From an uncultured Rhodospirillaceae bacterium (GTDB lineage: Bacteria; Pseudomonadota; Alphaproteobacteria; Rhodospirillales; Defluviicoccaceae), in the NCBI GenBank assembly GCA_964630265.1, contig CAZVRW010000006.1:753-64752 (forward strand): 64,000 bases of DNA, written 5' to 3'. Shown here one piece after another: positions 42,906 to 51,571 of this stretch. Every line of letters begins with the position of its first letter. Position 1 is the stretch's first letter. Below the pieces are notes generated by a model, which ran no database searches, was not told the origin of the DNA, and saw only the letters and a program-made list of their open reading frames with translations. Made by a program: the position numbers and the translations under genes.

Positions 42906-44110
42906 CGGATGGTTGCCCTCCGGAGCTGGTGCAGCAGGGCCGGGCTGGCATAGCCGTCCGCCGGCAGCGCCGCCGTTTGCTGGAAGTGTCGGATCGCGCG
43001 CCGGGTCTCCGAGCCGACGATGCCGTCGACCCCGCCGGTGTCGTAGCCGAGGCCCAGGAGCAGGCGCTGCATTTCCATCACGTCGGATCGTGCCAGCGGA
43101 TCGTCGCGCACGGGCCGCGGCGTTTGAAACGGCGCGCCGCCGGCGAGGCGATCCGACAGGTGACCGACGGCAACGGCATAAAGGAACGACCGGTTCCAGG
43201 CCATGATCGCCTGGAAGTTGGCATAGGTCATCAGCGCCGGCCCGTGCAGCGCACCGCCCGGCAGCAGGATCGCGCCGTCGATGTCGACCGCCGGCAGGGC
43301 GCCGCCATCGATGCGACGCACGCCCAGGGCCTGCCACTCGGCCAGTCGGCGCGGCCGCTCGAGGCCGCTTTTGGCGAAGTCGAAGCCGGCCGGCAGCCGC
43401 ACCTCGCGTCCCCAGATCCGGTCGCCGTCCCAACCCACCGCTTGGAGGTAGTTGGCGCCGGACGCGAAGATGTCAGGCAGGCTGCGCCACAGGTCGATGC
43501 GGCCGTCGCCGTCGAAATCAACGGCGTGGTCACGATAGGTCGTCGGCATGAATTGCAACTGTCCCATGGCGCCGGCCCAGGACGACTTGGCATCGAGGGG
43601 GATGTCGCCCCGCTCGACCCCTTGCAACGCCGCCAGCAACTGCTCGGTGAAGAAGGCGCGGCGGCGCTCATCGTAGGCCAGCGTCGCCAGCGCCTGGAAC
43701 AGCGGCCACTTCCCGGTATAGCCGCCATAGCTGGTTTCCAGCCCCCAGAAGGCGACCAGAAGGCGCGGCTGCACGCCATACCGCGCCTGCACGCTCTCCA
43801 GCAGCGACCGATGTCGTTCCAACAGCGCGCGCCCGCGCGCGACGCGGTCGGCGGTCACCCGCTTGTCCAGATACGACCAGAAGGTCTGCGTGAATTCCGG
43901 CTGCTGGCGGTCGAGCTCGATGATCCGCGGATCCGGCTGGACACGCGCGAGGGCGCGATCGACCGTCGTCGGCGAGATCCCTGCGGCGATCGCCCGTTGC
44001 GAAAGGTCGGCCCGCCACGCATCGAACGTCTCCGCCGCCGCGTGGCCGCTGCCGACGGCCAGCACCATGACGGCCATGACTGCCGCGACGGCGGCTCGTG
44101 CTTTGGTCAT
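42902..44110 (-). CDS. Lytic murein transglycosylase (MltB family) with a peptidoglycan-binding domain
   Basis: Signal peptide. [24 protein letters not shown] and a C-terminal PG_binding_1-like [27 protein letters not shown]. Confidence 0.88.
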   Translation of the reverse strand: MTKARAAVAAVMAVMVLAVGSGHAAAETFDAWRADLSQRAIAAGISPTTVDRALARVQPDPRIIELDRQQPEFTQTFWSYLDKRVTADRVARGRALLERHRSLLESVQARYGVQPRLLVAFWGLETSYGGYTGKWPLFQALATLAYDERRRAFFTEQLLAALQGVERGDIPLDAKSSWAGAMGQLQFMPTTYRDHAVDFDGDGRIDLWRSLPDIFASGANYLQAVGWDGDRIWGREVRLPAGFDFAKSGLERPRRLAEWQALGVRRIDGGALPAVDIDGAILLPGGALHGPALMTYANFQAIMAWNRSFLYAVAVGHLSDRLAGGAPFQTPRPVRDDPLARSDVMEMQRLLLGLGYDTGGVDGIVGSETRRAIRHFQQTAALPADGYASPALLHQLRRATIR

Positions 44111-44191
44111 CCGCGTCCTGCGTCTTGGTGCGCGGGCGGCCCTTTCGCCCGCCTTTGAGAGAACTCGAGTGGCCCGATTCGCAGGGCCCTG

Positions 44192-44986
44192 TCAACCGTC
44201 GGCGCGCGGAAACAGCGCGTCGGACCGTCCGGTGAGTCGATAGGCGACGAGGCCGAGCCATTCGTGCGCGGCGAGATCCAGGTTCCGCAGGTTGCCACCG
44301 AAGGCGATGGCCGGTGGCCACCAGGCGGTGACGCCGTCGGTGCGGTAGTCGGCGGGATACGGGATCACCGGCCAGCCGACGCGGCGGAAGCAACCGACGG
44401 TGCGCGGCAGGTGGAAGGCCGAGGTGACGACGACCCAAACCTCACCCGGCTGCGGATCGACAAGCTCGGCGGTCAGCGCGGCATTCTCGAAGGTGTTCCG
44501 CGACCGACCCTCATAGAGGACGCGGTCGCCGACGCCGAGCTGCGCGAACACCGGCCGGATCACCAGCGATTCGCTGAGATCAGGGCGAAACAGGTTGCCC
44601 GAACCCCCGGTGAACACCAGCCGCGCTTCGGGGTGACGCGCGGCCAACTCGGCACCGACGAGCACCCGCTCGATGGCATGGTTCAGCGCCGGCACGCCGC
44701 GGCCCTCGGAGGTGGTGAGATCGACCATGCCGGCCAGCACGACGATACCGTCCACCCGCTCCGGCAACTCCGGCCGCGGGAAGCGATCCTCCAGCACGAT
44801 CAACGCCCGTTCCGGCCATGGCGTGACGGCAATGAGTACGGCCGCCAGCCCGGTCGCCGTCAGCAGCCAGCGCCCCAGTCGCCGCCGCCGCGTCCACAGC
44901 AGCACCACCCCGATCAGTAGCGCGAGAACCATCAGGTTGAACGGCGCCGTCACCATCCAGACCACTTTGGACAGGGAAAAGAACAT
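44192..44986 (-). CDS. YdcF/DUF218 family membrane protein
   Basis: N-terminal TM helices, then the DUF218-like core (IVVLAG..., LVFTGGSG, NTFENA). Confidence 0.7.
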   Translation of the reverse strand: MFFSLSKVVWMVTAPFNLMVLALLIGVVLLWTRRRRLGRWLLTATGLAAVLIAVTPWPERALIVLEDRFPRPELPERVDGIVVLAGMVDLTTSEGRGVPALNHAIERVLVGAELAARHPEARLVFTGGSGNLFRPDLSESLVIRPVFAQLGVGDRVLYEGRSRNTFENAALTAELVDPQPGEVWVVVTSAFHLPRTVGCFRRVGWPVIPYPADYRTDGVTAWWPPAIAFGGNLRNLDLAAHEWLGLVAYRLTGRSDALFPRADG

Positions 44987-45013
44987 CGGGGGGCGCCGTC
45001 CGGGGCGAGCGGA

Positions 45014-45682
45014 TCAGCTTCCCGATTCGAGCAACGCAAACCGCACGGGCAAGATCTCGCGGGTGCGGATCCGCCCGGCCATGTCCTTCTCCACCAGGGT
45101 CAGGCTCTGGGAGTCGGGCAGACCCGTCGGCGCGACCATGCGTCCGCCCGGCTTGAGTTGTGACAACAGGCCGGCCGGCACCAGGTCACTGGCGGCGCAG
45201 ACGAGGATCTTGTCGAAGGGACCGTGCTCGGGCCAGCCGTACTGCCCGTTGCCGATCCGGGACTCCACGTTGTGGATGCCGATGGAGTCGAGCCGCCGGC
45301 GGGCCTCGGTGCCCAACTCTTCGACGATCTCGACCGTGTAGACGTGGGCGGCGAGCGAGGCGAGCACGGCGGCGTGATAGCCGAGGCCGGTGCCGACCTC
45401 GAGCACGCGGTCGTTGGGCTGGAGGTCCAGAAGGTCGGTCATCAGGGCGACGATGAACGGCTGCGAGATGGTCTTGTCGAAACCGATCGGCAGCGGTTGA
45501 TCGGCATAGGCGTAGGCCACCAATTCCGCCGGCACAAAGGTGTGGCGCGGGATCCGGCCCATCACCGCCATGACCCGGTCGTCGAGATGGTCGCGGCCGA
45601 TCTGCTCGCTGGCATGGCGCGCGTGGGCGGCGATGACTTCCACCAATTGTTCGAGCATCATCGCGACGAGCTTTTCCGTCAT
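45014..45682 (-). CDS. pcm: Protein-L-isoaspartate O-methyltransferase
   Basis: IPRHTFVP, ISQPFIVALM, SAM motif VLEVGTGLGYHAAVL and PFDKILVCAA. Confidence 0.93.
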   Translation of the reverse strand: MTEKLVAMMLEQLVEVIAAHARHASEQIGRDHLDDRVMAVMGRIPRHTFVPAELVAYAYADQPLPIGFDKTISQPFIVALMTDLLDLQPNDRVLEVGTGLGYHAAVLASLAAHVYTVEIVEELGTEARRRLDSIGIHNVESRIGNGQYGWPEHGPFDKILVCAASDLVPAGLLSQLKPGGRMVAPTGLPDSQSLTLVEKDMAGRIRTREILPVRFALLESGS

Positions 45683-45775
45683 GACCGCTCCCTCGGGCTG
45701 CCGGTTGATCAGATGCAGCTTAGCCGAGCCGGCGCGCGAAAAACACCGTAGAGAGGCAAAAGGGGTGGCGCGTCG

Positions 45776-48247
45776 TCAGGCGGACGCCGCGGGCATTTCC
45801 GCGCCGGTGGTGTCGCGCGGCAGGAAGAGACGCATGGTGGTCCCGTGCCCGAGGGCGCTTTCGACGGTGATCTGGCCTCCCGATTGCGTCACGAACCCAT
45901 ACACCATGCTGAGGCCGAGCCCACTGCCTTCGCCAAACGACTTGGTGGTGAAGAACGGCTCGAACACCCGTTCGACCACCTCCGGGGGCATGCCGCAGCC
46001 GGTGTCGGCGATGGCGATGAGCACCGCATCTCCGAGGTTCGCTCCTCCCCCGCCGCCGAGCGAGCCGCCGGGCACGTTCTGCGTGGTGATCGTCAGCACG
46101 CCGCCCTCCGGCATCGAGTCGCGGGCGTTGACGACCAGGTTGACGAGGGCGTTTTCCAACTGACCGCGATCGATCATCGCCCGCCACAGATCGTCGGCGA
46201 ACACCTCGCGGAAGGCGATGCGATCGCCCAAGGTCCGGCGCAGCAGTTTGGTCATCCGGGCAATGACGTGGTTCACGTCCGTTGCCTTCGGCTGCAGGTT
46301 TTGGCGCCGGGCGAACGCCAGCAGCCGGCTGGTCAACTGCGCCCCCCGCTCCGCCGACCAGATGGCGTCCGTCACCAGTTCCTTGCGCGCATCGTCGGCC
46401 GGCAGACTCTCGTCGAGAAGCTGCAAGTTACCCATAATGATGGCGAGCAAGTTATTGAAATCGTGCGCGACGCCGCCGGTCAGCTCGCCGATCGCCTTCA
46501 TCTTCGATACCTGGCGCAGCCGCTCCTCGGTGGCCTTGCGTTCCGTGATGTCCTCCTTCACCGCGACGAAGTGGGTGATCCGGCCACGAACGTCCCGCAC
46601 CGGTGCAATGGCGGCCAACTCCCAGAACAGCTGCCCGCTCTTCGAGCGGTTGTGAAACTCGCCGCGCCAGACTTCGCCCCGCGATATGGTCTTCCACAGT
46701 TTTTCGTATTCGGCGCCGGTGGTGTGACCCGATTTCAGCACCCGCGGATTCTTGCCGACGACTTCGGCATAGGTGTAGCCGGTCGCCTGGGTGAACTTCG
46801 GATTGACGTATTCGATCCTGCCTTCGATATCGGTGATGACTACCGACGCCGGGCTTTGCTCGATCGCCTGGAACAGCTTGCGCAGGTCGCCCTGGGTGCG
46901 CCGATGCTCCGAAATGTCGCGAATGAACAGCAGGAACTGCTGCTGGCCGGCCACCTCCAGGGGCATCACCTGCATCTCGGCGAACGCGACGGTGCCGGTC
47001 GGCCGGATCACCTCGATCTCGGCCGGCGCATTCGAGGCGACGGGAAAGCCGAACGGTTGGCCGACCAGGTCTTCGGCCGATTTGCCGAAGAGACTCTGGG
47101 CGGCGGCATTGACATCGACGATGCGGTGGCTGGCATCGAGAATGACGGTGGCGTCCGACTGCCGCTCGAACACCGACCGCCAGCGCGCCTCGCTGTCGCG
47201 GCGTCCGTGCTCGCTGCGTTTCTCCTCGGTCACATCCTGCAGCAGGACCACGATCTCGCCATTGGGCAGGCGGTAGACATAGCTCTCCCGCCAGCCTGAG
47301 ATGCGATCATCCTGATAGAACATGGCCGGCTGCTGCTCCGGCGTCCCGGTCTTCCAGACCCGCCGGACCATGTCGAGCAGGCCGGTCCAGCCGGCTTCCG
47401 GCATGGCCTCGAGAAAGCTCTTGCCGATGAGTTCCTGGCGCGGCCGTTCCTCGAGCCGTTCGGCGCTGCGGTTGACATCGCGAACCACGAAATCCCCGCC
47501 GGAGTCGACGGCCGCCAGAACCACGGCGCCGCCTTTCATGTTGTTAAAGAGCTCGTGGAAGCGGACCTCGCCATCGCGCAGCCTGCGGATGATCGGCTCG
47601 CTCACCCCCATCACCACGAACACGCCGAGCGCGATGACGAACGCGGCGAACGCCAGCACGGTGAGGCCGGCCTTGACGTACGGGGCGCGAAACGCCGAGA
47701 GGTCGGTCATGGCGACGACCGCGAGATCGAGACCGTCGACCGGGGCAAAGGCGCCCAGCACCCGCACGCCCCGTGGATCAAGCCCCTCGAAGGTGCCAGC
47801 TTCCCCGGCAAAGACCCGCTGCGCGATGGGCCAGGCCGCCCACGCGTCATCGCCGGCGGGCGCGCCCTCGGTCGAGGCACCGCGGTGCAGGACGACGGCG
47901 ATGCCGGCCTCGGTATTCGACAGAACGACGTAACGTTCGCCCCGGTTGAAACCGTGATCGGGGATCAGCATCGCATCGATCGGCGCCGCCGCCGGTTGCG
48001 AGGGTTCGCCCGCCGCGTGGCGAACGGCGTGGAGCCCTTCCGCGAGCGCCACGTGACCGCGAATGACCTGCAGCAGCCGCTGTTCCTCTACCGCGACGCC
48101 GGTGCGGAAGAGGACACCGAGGGCGGTGCCGCCGACGGCGAGTGCAACGGCGGTCATGATGCCACAGAGGACGAGCAGGCGGCGACCGCCGGCAAGCCGT
48201 GGCTCGCTCAATCCCGATCTCCCGGATCCACGGGCATCGGCGCGCAA
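45776..48247 (-). CDS. Membrane sensor histidine kinase with a periplasmic loop, multiple PAS/PAC domains, HisKA and HATPase domains, and no receiver
   Basis: Two TM segments flank a loop of about 150 aa. There are several PAS-like repeats (for example ITDIEGRIEYVNPKF...TGY). H-box GGVAHDFNNLLAIIMGNLQLL; N/G boxes NLVVNARDSMP, DTGCGMP, GSGLGLSMV. Confidence 0.88.
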   Translation of the reverse strand: MRADARGSGRSGLSEPRLAGGRRLLVLCGIMTAVALAVGGTALGVLFRTGVAVEEQRLLQVIRGHVALAEGLHAVRHAAGEPSQPAAAPIDAMLIPDHGFNRGERYVVLSNTEAGIAVVLHRGASTEGAPAGDDAWAAWPIAQRVFAGEAGTFEGLDPRGVRVLGAFAPVDGLDLAVVAMTDLSAFRAPYVKAGLTVLAFAAFVIALGVFVVMGVSEPIIRRLRDGEVRFHELFNNMKGGAVVLAAVDSGGDFVVRDVNRSAERLEERPRQELIGKSFLEAMPEAGWTGLLDMVRRVWKTGTPEQQPAMFYQDDRISGWRESYVYRLPNGEIVVLLQDVTEEKRSEHGRRDSEARWRSVFERQSDATVILDASHRIVDVNAAAQSLFGKSAEDLVGQPFGFPVASNAPAEIEVIRPTGTVAFAEMQVMPLEVAGQQQFLLFIRDISEHRRTQGDLRKLFQAIEQSPASVVITDIEGRIEYVNPKFTQATGYTYAEVVGKNPRVLKSGHTTGAEYEKLWKTISRGEVWRGEFHNRSKSGQLFWELAAIAPVRDVRGRITHFVAVKEDITERKATEERLRQVSKMKAIGELTGGVAHDFNNLLAIIMGNLQLLDESLPADDARKELVTDAIWSAERGAQLTSRLLAFARRQNLQPKATDVNHVIARMTKLLRRTLGDRIAFREVFADDLWRAMIDRGQLENALVNLVVNARDSMPEGGVLTITTQNVPGGSLGGGGGANLGDAVLIAIADTGCGMPPEVVERVFEPFFTTKSFGEGSGLGLSMVYGFVTQSGGQITVESALGHGTTMRLFLPRDTTGAEMPAASA

Positions 48248-48621
48248 CCGTGCGCATCGCTCAGGGCTTGGCGCAGCCGCGGCAGGCTCACCGGCTTGCT
48301 CAGGGTCTTGACCGAGCGCAGCCCCTTGTACTCAGCGAGCAACCGTGCGTTGGTGGCATATTGCGGGCTGTAACCGGTGATGATGATGATGTGCGATCGG
48401 CACTGCTCGCCGACGAGCCAAAGGATGAGTTCGTTGCCGTCTATCTCCGGCATGACCATGTCCAGAACGACCGTATCGGGGGGCTCACGGCGATAAGCCT
48501 CCATGAAGTCCCGCCCCTGGGTTGTGATCTCGACATCGTAGCCGAGCGGCTCGGCGACTTTTCGCACGAGAGCCGCGAACTTCGGTTCGTCATCAACGAT
48601 CAAAAGTCGCTTATTTGCCAT
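48208..48621 (-). CDS. Single-domain CheY-like response regulator
   Basis: RLLIVDDEP (acidic pair), VVLDMVMPEIDG (phospho-acceptor Asp), IIIITG (Thr) and LSKP (Lys). No output domain. The 3' end overlaps the kinase start by 40 nt. Confidence 0.88.
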   Translation of the reverse strand: MANKRLLIVDDEPKFAALVRKVAEPLGYDVEITTQGRDFMEAYRREPPDTVVLDMVMPEIDGNELILWLVGEQCRSHIIIITGYSPQYATNARLLAEYKGLRSVKTLSKPVSLPRLRQALSDAHGCAPMPVDPGDRD

Positions 48622-48794
48622 CCATGTTCGCTCCGACGTCGCGTTTCCATCTAAGGTAAAGTTTCCAACCGAGGCAAAGTGATGAGTGCACAAGCCGTGA
48701 CGCCAGCCGAAGGTCAAGCTTCATCCGCACCGGCGACTGTGGTACCACGCGGCCGCACCGGATTCGCCCCCAATTTCAATTGGGCCCCGTCAAG

Positions 48795-49685
48795 ATGGGC
48801 ACGCCAATGACCGATTCTCCACTGCGGCTGCTCGTCGTCAACGTCGCTGCCGATTCCTTGGCCGATTTGCCGCGCCGATTGGCGATCGTCGCCGATGACT
48901 TGGTCGTGCAACCGGACGTCCGCGCCGTTGGCGCCCCGCTTCCCGAGCAGGTGGCCGATTACGATCTCGTGGTCATCGATGGACAGGGCGATGCGGGCAT
49001 GGTGATCCGGCTGCTCGCCGAGGTTCGGCGCCTCGGCCCGACGATGCCAATCGCTCTGGCCGCCGGCACCGCGGCCGCCGGGACCGGCGAAGCGGCCGAC
49101 ATCACCGCCAGCGCGATCGGCGACGGGCTGTTCCTGATCGAATCCTGTATCACCGACGCGGGCTTCAGGTCGGCGATCTCCGGCGTCTTCGCGACGATTC
49201 ACGACGCCCGCGAACGCTGGCGCGGCGATCTCGATGCGGCGCACCGGGAACTTGCCGATTTGACGACGGCCTGCAGCCCCGCCCCCCTCGCAGCATCGTC
49301 CCGCATGCTCGGCGGACGTCCGCTCCGCGAATCGGCGCCGGAGCGGTTCAAACGGATGAAGAGCGATTACCGGGGATTGCTCGACGAAGCTTTGGCACTA
49401 CGCATTCGCGGCATCGACCAAGCCGACCGCGAGGAGTTGCAAGCGTTGGCCGACCGTCTCGGCACCTTGAACGCCGGGCCCCGCGACGTCATCGACCTGC
49501 ACCGACTGACGATCGCCGATATCGTCAGCGAGCAGCCGCCGCAGAAAGCAAGGGCTTACGTCGACGAGGGCCGTCTTGTGTTGATCCAATTGATGGGGTA
49601 CTTGGCGTCGTTTTATCGATCGCTGACGTGGGGCGGCCGTCGTGCCCCACAACCGAGGAGTCGGCCGTGGGCAAGTTCATCTTGA
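48795..49685 (+). CDS. KaiA-like protein: receiver-like (degenerate) N-terminal domain + KaiA-C/RsbU-N-type helical C-terminal domain
   Basis: The N-terminus has a receiver beta-alpha pattern ([25 protein letters not shown]) but lacks the DD pair, Thr and Lys. The C-terminus KSDYRGLL...[10 protein letters not shown]...[20 protein letters not shown] aligns with my recollection of Synechococcus KaiA (SYREIVL...TKVVEIHMEL...LDYRLTLIDVIAHLCEMYRRS). The 3' end overlaps the kaiB start by 19 nt. Start is ATG 48795 or 48807. Confidence 0.65.
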   Translation: MGTPMTDSPLRLLVVNVAADSLADLPRRLAIVADDLVVQPDVRAVGAPLPEQVADYDLVVIDGQGDAGMVIRLLAEVRRLGPTMPIALAAGTAAAGTGEAADITASAIGDGLFLIESCITDAGFRSAISGVFATIHDARERWRGDLDAAHRELADLTTACSPAPLAASSRMLGGRPLRESAPERFKRMKSDYRGLLDEALALRIRGIDQADREELQALADRLGTLNAGPRDVIDLHRLTIADIVSEQPPQKARAYVDEGRLVLIQLMGYLASFYRSLTWGGRRAPQPRSRPWASSS

Positions 49686-49981
49686 AGCTCTACGTCGCGG
49701 GGCAGACGTCGCGGACGCGGCAGGCGATTCGCAATATCCACGAGATCTGCGAGCGCAGTCTCGGTGGGATGTACGATCTCGTCGTGATTGATGTTCTCGA
49801 ACGTCCGCAGTTGGCAGAAAATGAACGCATCCTGGCAACACCAACCCTGGTCAAGGAGTTGCCACCGCCGTTGCGCAGAGTGGTGGGGGATCTTTCGGAT
49901 CGGGAACGCGTTCTCATCGGCCTGGACCTCTCAGTCCATGATGAGGGTCCCGGCGCCTTGGACGACGCTCCAGAGGACTGA
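49667..49981 (+). CDS. kaiB: Circadian clock protein KaiB
   Basis: [61 protein letters not shown] is almost colinear with cyanobacterial KaiB. The GTG at 49667 lies 6 nt after GAGGAG. Confidence 0.93.
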   Translation: MGKFILKLYVAGQTSRTRQAIRNIHEICERSLGGMYDLVVIDVLERPQLAENERILATPTLVKELPPPLRRVVGDLSDRERVLIGLDLSVHDEGPGALDDAPED

Positions 49982-49987
49982 GCAAAG

Positions 49988-51511
49988 ATGAAACAAGTTC
50001 ACCCGACCCTGGAAAAGATCCCGACGCATATCCCCGGTTTCGACTTCATCTCGGACGGCGGCCTGCCGAAGGGGCGAACGATGCTGCTGGCCGGCAGCTC
50101 GGGCAGCGGCAAGACCATTTTCGCTTGCCAGTTCCTGATCGAGGGAATCCGCAAGAGCGGCGACAACGCCGTGTTCGTCACCTTCGAGGAGCACCCCGAA
50201 GACGTTCGCACCAACGTCCGCTCCTTCGGCTGGGATATCGACGCGCTGGAAAGCGCCGGCCAATGGAAATTCGTCGATGCCGCGCCCGACCCCAGCATCG
50301 AGGTGTCGATCACCGGAGACTATGATTTCGGCGCCCTGCTCGCCCGTATCGAGCACGCGGTCCGCGCGGTCGACGCCAAGCGTGTCGTGCTCGACTCCCT
50401 CGGCGCGATCTTCGGCCACTTCCTCGACGGCGTCCGCGTCCGCCACGAACTGTTCCGCATCGCCACGGCGTTGCGGCAGATGGGCGTGACGGCACTGCTG
50501 ACGGCGGAGCGGACGGCGGAATATGGCGAGATCGCCCGCCATGGGATCGAGGAGTTCGTCGCCGACGGCGTGCTGATCGCCCGCAACGTCCTCGAGGAGG
50601 AGAAGCGGCGGCGGACCATCGAGATCCTCAAGATCCGGGGCACCAGCCATCGGAAGGGGGAGTACGCCTTCACCATCATTCCCGGCGAAGGCATCATCGT
50701 CGTCCCGATCTCGGCGATCGAGTTGCGTCAGCGGTCCGGTGACATTCGCGTCACCTCCGGCAATGGCGAACTCGATCAGATGTGCGGCGGCGGCCTGTTC
50801 CGCGATTCGGTCATCCTGGTTTCGGGGGCCACCGGCACCGGCAAGACGCTGATGGTGACGCACTTCATCGACGGCGGCGTTTCCGCCGGCGAACGCTGTC
50901 TGCTGTTCGCCTTCGAGGAGAGCCGCGAACAGCTCGGCCGTAACGCCATCGGCTGGGGCATCGACTTCGAGAGCATGGAACAGGGGGGCAAGCTCCGGAT
51001 CGTTTGTGAATATCCGGAGTCCGCGAGCCTCGAAGATCACCTCGTCCGCTTCAAGGAGCACATCGACGACTTCAAGCCGGACCGTCTCGCCATCGACAGC
51101 CTGTCGGCGCTGGAGCGGATTTCAACGATCCGCAGTTTCCGGGAGTTCGTGCTCGGCGTCACCTCGTTCATCAAGCACAAGGAGCTCACCGGGCTGTTCA
51201 CCTCGACGACACCGACGCTGACCGGCGGCACGTCGGTCACCGAGGCGCACATCTCGTCGATCACCGATACCATCTTGCTGCTGCGCTATGTCGAGCTGTT
51301 CGGCGAGATGCATCGCGGCATCACCGTGCTGAAAATGCGCGGCTCGGGCCACGACAAAGATATCCGCGAGCTGGTGATCGACGGTCAGGGCATGCACATC
51401 GGCGCCCCGTTCCGCAATGTCGCCGGCATTCTCGCCGGCAACCCGATGCAGATCGCGGCCTCCGAGGTGGATCGTCTGGACAAGATGTTTCCGTCCGATC
51501 CGGGGATCTGA
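49988..51511 (+). CDS. kaiC: Circadian clock protein KaiC (two RecA-like domains)
   Basis: IPTHIPGFDFISDGGLP. CI Walker A GSSGSGKT and FVTFEEHPED. CII Walker A GATGTGKT and FAFEESREQL. Phosphosite region EAHISSITDTILLLRYVE. 507 aa. Confidence 0.95.
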   Translation: MKQVHPTLEKIPTHIPGFDFISDGGLPKGRTMLLAGSSGSGKTIFACQFLIEGIRKSGDNAVFVTFEEHPEDVRTNVRSFGWDIDALESAGQWKFVDAAPDPSIEVSITGDYDFGALLARIEHAVRAVDAKRVVLDSLGAIFGHFLDGVRVRHELFRIATALRQMGVTALLTAERTAEYGEIARHGIEEFVADGVLIARNVLEEEKRRRTIEILKIRGTSHRKGEYAFTIIPGEGIIVVPISAIELRQRSGDIRVTSGNGELDQMCGGGLFRDSVILVSGATGTGKTLMVTHFIDGGVSAGERCLLFAFEESREQLGRNAIGWGIDFESMEQGGKLRIVCEYPESASLEDHLVRFKEHIDDFKPDRLAIDSLSALERISTIRSFREFVLGVTSFIKHKELTGLFTSTTPTLTGGTSVTEAHISSITDTILLLRYVELFGEMHRGITVLKMRGSGHDKDIRELVIDGQGMHIGAPFRNVAGILAGNPMQIAASEVDRLDKMFPSDPGI

Positions 51512-51571
51512 CCGGGATTCGACTTGGTCGCCTCGCCGACGGCGGTGGGGCGGCGGTCCGGCCAGGGTGCC

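Noticed and set aside
49988-51511. KaiC as a generic RecA/RadA-like or defence-associated KaiC-like ATPase
   Set aside because: It has the full duplicated CI/CII architecture, conserved EE pairs and the phosphosite segment, and it is operonic with a canonical KaiB. Single-domain KaiC-like ATPases of other contexts do not fit.
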